Shown here in pieces: positions 58,539 to 64,000 of a stretch of DNA of 64,000 bases. Source of the stretch: an uncultured virus (IMG/VR IMGVR_UViG_3300010158_000052) (lineage: Duplodnaviria; Heunggongvirae; Uroviricota; Caudoviricetes); the IMG/VR virus record IMGVR_UViG_3300010158_000052. The stretch is one strand, 5' to 3'. The notes under the pieces are model-generated. The model worked only from the letters and a program-made list of their open reading frames with translations. It did no database searches and was not told the origin of the DNA. Each line of letters opens with the position of its first letter. Positions within the stretch are counted from its first letter, which is position 1. Position numbers and translations under genes: made by a program.

Positions 58539-59972
58539 ATGTCGATTGAGCAAACTATTCTATCAAACCTTATTCACAATAAGGAATATGCGAGAAAGGT
58601 TCTTCCTTTCGTAAAGCCAGAATATTTTGCTGATCAATCGTATCGTACCTTGTTTTCTTTGATTGATGAATACACACACAAATATAATGAGCCTCCCTCA
58701 AAGGAGGCTCTACATATTGACCTTGATAACAAAACAGGACTTAATGAAGAGTTGTTCAAAGATACACAAGAACTTGTGTCTTCTCTTCAGTATGATGATC
58801 AGACAAATTCTGACTGGCTTCTAGATGAAACAGAACGTTACTGTCAAGAACAAGCAGTCTATAACGCCTTGATGGAAAGTATCGCTATCCATTCTGGTAA
58901 TGATAAGGATAAGGATAAGGGGTCTATTCCTGAAATCCTTTCCGAAGCCTTGGCTGTATCTTTTGATACAAATGTTGGTCACGACTTTATTGATAATGCA
59001 GAAGAGCGATATGACTTCTATCATACGAAGGAAGATCGTATTCCGTTTGATCTTGATATTTTCAATAAGGTAACACAGGGAGGTGTCGCAAGAAAGACTT
59101 TGAGTATTGCTCTTGCCTCTACTGGTGTTGGTAAGACGATGTTTATGGCTCACTGTGCTGCTGCTAATCTTTTGCATGGTGTGAATGTTCTCTACATTAC
59201 AATGGAAATGTCAGAAGAACGTATTGCTGAACGCATTGATGCGAACTTGATGAACATATCTACTGAAGAACTACGTGAACTTCCTCGTGATTCTTTCCAG
59301 AAGAAGATGGCTCGTGTCAAGACAAAGGTTAAGGGTAAACTTATTATTAAGGAATATCCAACCAGTGGCGCTGGCGTATCTCACTTCAAGCATCTTATTC
59401 AGGAACTAAAGCTAAAGAAGGGCTTCGTTCCTGATGTTATCTATATTGACTATCTGAATATCTGTGCGTCATCTAGGATGAAGATGGGGAATAGCGTCAA
59501 TAGCTATACTTACATCAAGTCTATTGCAGAAGAAATTCGTGGTCTAGCTGTAGAAACAAAGACTGCTATCTTTACCGCTACACAAACAAATCGTGATGGT
59601 TATGCATCTAGTGATGTTGACCTCGCAAACACATCAGAAAGCTTTGGCGTTCCTGCTACTGCCGACTTAATGTTTGCTCTTATTGCTACCGAAGAACTTG
59701 AAGAAATGCATCAGCTAATGGTGAAAATCCTCAAGAACCGATATGCAGAGAACGGCAAGAAGTTTGTTATTGGTATGGATAGAGCCAAGATGCAGTTGTT
59801 CGACGCAGAACAATCTGCACAGGACGATCTCGACAATTCAACTCCTAAGAAGAGGAAGAAGAATAAAGATGTTCCTGTGATGGATGAAACTCAGTATGGC
59901 GAACGTTACGAAGAAGACATGAAGGCAACATGGAAAAGCAAAAAGAAGAATTTTGATGATTTCATGGCTTGA
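58539..59972 (+). CDS. gp41: Replicative helicase gp41
   Basis: TGVGKT, TMEMSEERI, IDYLNIC, ATQTNR, SESFG. Confidence 0.96.
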   Translation: MSIEQTILSNLIHNKEYARKVLPFVKPEYFADQSYRTLFSLIDEYTHKYNEPPSKEALHIDLDNKTGLNEELFKDTQELVSSLQYDDQTNSDWLLDETERYCQEQAVYNALMESIAIHSGNDKDKDKGSIPEILSEALAVSFDTNVGHDFIDNAEERYDFYHTKEDRIPFDLDIFNKVTQGGVARKTLSIALASTGVGKTMFMAHCAAANLLHGVNVLYITMEMSEERIAERIDANLMNISTEELRELPRDSFQKKMARVKTKVKGKLIIKEYPTSGAGVSHFKHLIQELKLKKGFVPDVIYIDYLNICASSRMKMGNSVNSYTYIKSIAEEIRGLAVETKTAIFTATQTNRDGYASSDVDLANTSESFGVPATADLMFALIATEELEEMHQLMVKILKNRYAENGKKFVIGMDRAKMQLFDAEQSAQDDLDNSTPKKRKKNKDVPVMDETQYGERYEEDMKATWKSKKKNFDDFMA

Positions 59973-60002
59973 CAAATAAAATAAGAAATACTATATATGC
60001 TT

Positions 60003-60057
60003 GGCGTTGCCAATGTGGGACGCTTTAATATATCTTGCTTAAATGGAGAAACACATG
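60003..60057 (+). promoter_or_regulatory. Putative ROSE-like RNA thermometer leader of hsp20
   Basis: Bulged hairpin, then TCTTGCT able to pair with the GGAGA SD; promoter TTGACA at 59969. Confidence 0.5.
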
Positions 60058-60486
60058 ATGCTTAAGACTTTTTTTAATCAGTATGAAGAATTGATGAAGC
60101 TAACTGCAAACCTTAATTCTGATTTGACACATATTCCTTATTATAATATTATTCGTAAGTCTTCTCTTGCGGACAATGGACATATTATCGAGATTGCTCT
60201 TCCTGGATTTACAGAAGAAGACATCGATGTGTCTAAGAAGGACAACCGTGTGTCTATTCATGCGAAGCGTTCCGATGCTGGCGAACGTCCGTATGTATAT
60301 CGTGGTATCAATAAAAACCATTATGCAGTTTCTTTTGTCGTTCCAGATAATAGTATCGTAGACGATGTTACTTTGGAAGATGGTATCTTGAAGATTCTTA
60401 TTTCCTATGCCACAGATAAGGCAAAGGAAGAATCTATTCCGATCAATTCCAAAAAAGATAAGAAGAAAACCTTTATCCAAGATTAA
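60055..60486 (+). CDS. Small heat-shock protein (Hsp20/IbpA-like)
   Basis: PYYNI, IEIALPGF, YVYRGI, LEDGILKI. Confidence 0.88.
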   Translation: MMLKTFFNQYEELMKLTANLNSDLTHIPYYNIIRKSSLADNGHIIEIALPGFTEEDIDVSKKDNRVSIHAKRSDAGERPYVYRGINKNHYAVSFVVPDNSIVDDVTLEDGILKILISYATDKAKEESIPINSKKDKKKTFIQD

Positions 60487-60529
60487 TATATCGATTGACA
60501 TTTGGTCAAATTGATATATTATAAGTAGA

Positions 60530-60597
60530 TAGACTGTCGTTTAATAAAGACCTCGCGGCTTTGAACCCGATGATGAAGGACACTCCTTCCAGTCTAT
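60530..60597 (+). tRNA. Degenerate tRNA-Gln(TTG)-like RNA
   Basis: TAGACTG/CAGTCTA acceptor stem, CT-TTG-AA loop, GAAGG/CCTTC T-stem; shrunken D and T loops, no CCA. Confidence 0.55.
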
Positions 60598-60622
60598 CTT
60601 TAATTTTTATGAAAGAATTGAA

Positions 60623-60790
60623 ATGACCGAGACGCCATCTGTACTTCGTGAAAAGATCACTCATCAAATCTATGAAACTATGCAGAAGACAAAGCCATAT
60701 CCAAGCAATCAACTTGTTTCTATGCATCAATGTCGTATGGCAGCTATTGCCGTTGTCGATATTATTTTAGAGACAGCGGGTTCAAAGTGA
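60623..60790 (+). CDS. Small hypothetical protein
   Basis: Own translation, 55 aa. Confidence 0.4.
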   Translation: MTETPSVLREKITHQIYETMQKTKPYPSNQLVSMHQCRMAAIAVVDIILETAGSK

Positions 60791-60834
60791 GTTATACTAT
60801 TCAGGAAATGGAAATGTCTTTAACAGGAAACAAA

Positions 60835-61017
60835 ATGAAAACGACTTTTTTTGTTGATTACTATCTTGAAGAAGGTGGGCGAAAGTCTCGTCAACAAATG
60901 CAAGGCAGTTCTACTCTGAACTTAGCTGGATCGACTAGTGATTTTGCTGTTCAAAATTATTTACAAGAACGCCATCAAGGCAAGACTGTGAGTATCATGA
61001 ACATCAAGTGGTTGTGA
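60835..61017 (+). CDS. Small hypothetical protein
   Basis: SD AGGA before MKTTFFVDYY. Confidence 0.55.
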   Translation: MKTTFFVDYYLEEGGRKSRQQMQGSSTLNLAGSTSDFAVQNYLQERHQGKTVSIMNIKWL

Positions 61018-61304
61018 TGGAAGAAGAATTTTTAGTAACTTGTAATGAGTGTGGAACTGAGTTTGAAGGATTTTTTCATAATCAAGCAAACGACTGCGCT
61101 TCTACTTTTTATACTATGACAGGTCCTTATGACAGTACATTATACTTAGTAGCTGGTGGGTTTGGTTCTAAGCTCATTGATTTTGAATCTTGGAAGTTTA
61201 ATAATGATCCTGGTTTAAACGTGGGCGATACCTTATGTGATTCTTGTATCAAGACATTTCAAGAATCTGGCGAATTAACCCTTTATAGAAACGAGTTGAT
61301 ATAA
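61017..61304 (+). CDS. Hypothetical protein, possibly Zn-binding
   Basis: CNEC...CDSC; TGATG coupling to the upstream gene. Confidence 0.6.
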   Translation: MEEEFLVTCNECGTEFEGFFHNQANDCASTFYTMTGPYDSTLYLVAGGFGSKLIDFESWKFNNDPGLNVGDTLCDSCIKTFQESGELTLYRNELI

Positions 61305-61465
61305 TGAGTAGAGAAGTAGAAATCGCTGCTATATTCAGATTGATTGAAAAGCTCAACGAGATGAAAGAAATGGGCGCAGCTCCAAAAGATATTGAAAATT
61401 TAGAAGATGATATTGGTAATTTACAAATGAATTCAATTATAGGAGATTTATTCGATGAAGATTAA
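61304..61465 (+). CDS. Small hypothetical protein
   Basis: TAATG coupling; 53 aa. Confidence 0.4.
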   Translation: MSREVEIAAIFRLIEKLNEMKEMGAAPKDIENLEDDIGNLQMNSIIGDLFDED

Positions 61466-62039
61466 TATTGGCAATGATTATTACGCATTAGAGACTTATG
61501 GACTTATTAATAAATATTTTATGAAGAAGTACAATAAGCCATATTTTTCTATGGAAGATAAAGAATTAAGTTTTATCGATAATGTAGTTGTTGCGATTGG
61601 CGATACTATTGATAATATTCTAAACGCTACTATCAATAAGATTATCTTCAAGATTCCCAAGAGGGTTAAGGTAAAGATCGAAAAGCACGATGTTTGGGCA
61701 TTAGATTATACTCTGGCTCTTATTATTGTTCCTGCCCTTAAGAAGCTAAAGGATGCTAAACAAGGTTCTCCATTTGTTGATGATGTTGATGTTCCTGATC
61801 ATCTGAAGGTCGATCCTTTAGAAGTAAAAGAACACCAATGGGATATCGATAGCCGCTATCATGCTCGTTGGGATTATGTTATCGACGAAATGGTCTGGAC
61901 ATTCGAACAACATGCTATTCAAAATACCTATCTAGAAGATGAGTTCAACACCGACAAAGCAGCATATGATGCTCATTCTGTCAGAATTAAGAATGGAAAT
62001 CGTCTCTTTGGTAAATATTATAATATGCTTTGGAGTTAA
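61455..62039 (+). CDS. Conserved phage hypothetical protein
   Basis: DVWALDYTLALII.P.L, WDYVIDEMVWTF, LFGKYY..LW. Confidence 0.75.
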   Translation: MKINIGNDYYALETYGLINKYFMKKYNKPYFSMEDKELSFIDNVVVAIGDTIDNILNATINKIIFKIPKRVKVKIEKHDVWALDYTLALIIVPALKKLKDAKQGSPFVDDVDVPDHLKVDPLEVKEHQWDIDSRYHARWDYVIDEMVWTFEQHAIQNTYLEDEFNTDKAAYDAHSVRIKNGNRLFGKYYNMLWS

Positions 62040-62042
62040 TTT

Positions 62043-63143
62043 ATGAATTATTTGTTTACAAGCGAAAGCGTCAGCGAAGGTCATCCAGATAAAGTTGCTG
62101 ATCTTATTAGTGATTCTATTTTAGATTTAGTCATGAAACATGAAGACACAAGCATGAGATGTGCGTGTGAAACATTAGTTACTACAGATAAAGTAATTTT
62201 AGCTGGAGAGTACAAAGGTATTTTAAATCCAGAAGAAGTTGAAAATACAGTTCGTTCTACTATTAAAAATATTGGGTATGAACAATCTGGATTTAATTGG
62301 CGCACTGTAGATATTACTAATTTACTACACGGACAGTCAGAAGATATTGCTTTAGGTACTGATAATTTTGGTGCTGGTGATCAGGGTCTTATGTTTGGTT
62401 ATGCATGTAATGAGACTAAAAATTATATGCCAGCAGCTATTAATTATAGTCACCAGATAATGCAACATCTAACTTCTCTTCGTAAAAATGGACAAACTGA
62501 GCTAGGACCAGATTCTAAGGCACAAGTAACTTTAGAGTATGATGACCGTAATAATATTATCGGTATCCGTAAAATCGTATGCTCAACTCAACATAGAGAA
62601 GATGTAAAAATTGAACATGTTAGGGAAATAGTAGAAGGTGCTATCCGTAATTTAATTTCTGAAGTAAATTTAAAAAATACTGAATTTCTAATTAATCCTA
62701 CAGGTAGATTTGTTATCGGTGGTCCAGATGGAGATACTGGTCTGACAGGTAGAAAGATTATCGTAGATACTTACGGAGGCTCTTCTCCTCATGGTGGTGG
62801 TGCTTTTAGTGGTAAAGACCCAACAAAAGTAGACAGAAGTGCTGCATACATGGCTCGATACTTAGCTAAGAATATCGTATATAATTGGGCGTATTCTACA
62901 CCAATGTTTGCTACAGTTCAATTAGCATATGCTATTGGCGTTGCAGAACCAATTAGTGTGAGTGTTAAAGTTAATGGCCAAGAAGATCAACATTTATCTA
63001 ATTGGATTTCTAAGAATGTTGACTTGACGCCAAAGGGAATTATTGATAAGTTTAAATTGTTCCGTCCCATATATACACAAACTACAAACTATGGTCATTT
63101 CGGAAAAACTGAGTTACCTTGGGAATCGTTAGATTTATTTTAA
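62043..63143 (+). CDS. metK: S-adenosylmethionine synthetase
   Basis: TSESVSEGHPDK, GAGDQG, GRKIIVDTYGG, GGGAFSGKDPTKVDRS. Confidence 0.97.
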   Translation: MNYLFTSESVSEGHPDKVADLISDSILDLVMKHEDTSMRCACETLVTTDKVILAGEYKGILNPEEVENTVRSTIKNIGYEQSGFNWRTVDITNLLHGQSEDIALGTDNFGAGDQGLMFGYACNETKNYMPAAINYSHQIMQHLTSLRKNGQTELGPDSKAQVTLEYDDRNNIIGIRKIVCSTQHREDVKIEHVREIVEGAIRNLISEVNLKNTEFLINPTGRFVIGGPDGDTGLTGRKIIVDTYGGSSPHGGGAFSGKDPTKVDRSAAYMARYLAKNIVYNWAYSTPMFATVQLAYAIGVAEPISVSVKVNGQEDQHLSNWISKNVDLTPKGIIDKFKLFRPIYTQTTNYGHFGKTELPWESLDLF

Positions 63144-63158
63144 TAGTTGAGATATAAA

Positions 63159-63575
63159 ATGGGAACAAAACGAACTACTACTTCGAGTGGAAATTCTAGA
63201 AATACATTTAGCCGAAATACAAATGGCAAAACTGTTCAGTCTCATAGTTCAAAAAGTGGAAACATTAGAACTACTTCTAGTAGGCCCAGTAATGGTCCTA
63301 CTAAGATCACTAAGACTTATACAAATTCATCTGGCTATGTAACAAGGAAAACCATCTCTCCAAAGAAAGTTAGAACGAAGGTTGTAAAGACTAAGGTTAT
63401 TAAGCCAACTAAGTTCAAAGCTCCACCAAAGACAAAGTTGTATAAGCCAAGAGCAACACCTAGAACTAAAAATGTAAATCGTCGAAGAACCACTAAATCC
63501 AAACCGTTATCACTAACAGCAACGGTTTGGATATTTGGTTTTATTTTTTTAGCAATTATACTGTCTCATATCTGA
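63159..63575 (+). CDS. Basic protein with a C-terminal membrane anchor
   Basis: K/T/S-rich body; ATVWIFGFIFLAIIL tail. Confidence 0.6.
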   Translation: MGTKRTTTSSGNSRNTFSRNTNGKTVQSHSSKSGNIRTTSSRPSNGPTKITKTYTNSSGYVTRKTISPKKVRTKVVKTKVIKPTKFKAPPKTKLYKPRATPRTKNVNRRRTTKSKPLSLTATVWIFGFIFLAIILSHI

Positions 63576-63630
63576 TACTATAAATAATGGGTGACTTCTG
63601 TTTTTAATATGGATCAAACAGGAGAATAAA

Positions 63631-64000
63631 ATGGTAGAAAAAAATCCAACATTTGGGGAAAGATTAGCTGACCGTGCTGCTAAAACTTTAGGCTCTTGGA
63701 GATTTATTGTTTTACAAAGTTGTCTATTGCTTTCTTATATATTGTGGAATACTCTAGGTCCAATAAATTTAAGGTTTGATTCGTTTCCTTTTATATTTTT
63801 AAATCTAGCATTATCATTTCAAGCAGCATATTCTGCTCCAATTATTATGATTAGTAACAATAGGCAATCTCAAATTGATCGTGAGCGTTCAATTTCGATA
63901 TATAGATTAGAGACCTCTGAGCACGAACAATTGTATAAACTTACTGAGCATATTGATAAACACTTTGAAAAAATTCATGAAAAGATCGAAAAACATGGGT
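63631..64000 (+). CDS. DUF1003-family membrane protein (3'-truncated)
   Basis: TFGERLADRAA..GSWRFI..FDSFPFIFLNLALSFQAAYSAPIIMISNNRQ; late promoter TATAAATA at 63579. Confidence 0.8.
   Translation, partial: MVEKNPTFGERLADRAAKTLGSWRFIVLQSCLLLSYILWNTLGPINLRFDSFPFIFLNLALSFQAAYSAPIIMISNNRQSQIDRERSISIYRLETSEHEQLYKLTEHIDKHFEKIHEKIEKHG

Noticed and set aside
22298..59972. Inteins or introns in terminase, polymerase, UvsX or helicases
   Set aside because: Lengths and motif spacing look normal; no insertion seen.

Overview
A 64 kb piece of a large, AT-rich T4-like myovirus genome. In order it holds: tail-fibre and virion accessory genes with a set of modification enzymes (1-14.5 kb); neck gene 13; a 5 kb inverted operon with a sigma70-type promoter encoding heptose and sugar enzymes (gmhA, hddA, glycosyltransferase, galE) between genes 13 and 14; the T4 head/tail core (14-23, 3); recombination and late-transcription genes (uvsY, uvsW, 55, 47, 46); and the replisome (45, 44, 62, regA, 43, uvsX, 41). 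Interspersed are three tRNAs, two odd tRNA-like RNAs, two DNA methyltransferase-like genes, def, hsp20 and metK. The most notable signals are: (1) a possible phage heptose/virion glycosylation system; (2) capsid-targeted and apparently protease-cleavable internal polyproteins, some with ParB-like domains; (3) gene 47 broken by one extra base just after a decayed GIY-YIG homing endonuclease that took over its original start; (4) an expanded ~120 nt tRNA-like RNA and a degenerate tRNA-Gln with its own promoter; (5) a tail-linked cluster with a Coq4-like protein, two 2OG-Fe(II) oxygenases and a Gly-rich protein. All calls come from motif recognition and synteny; no database searches were run.
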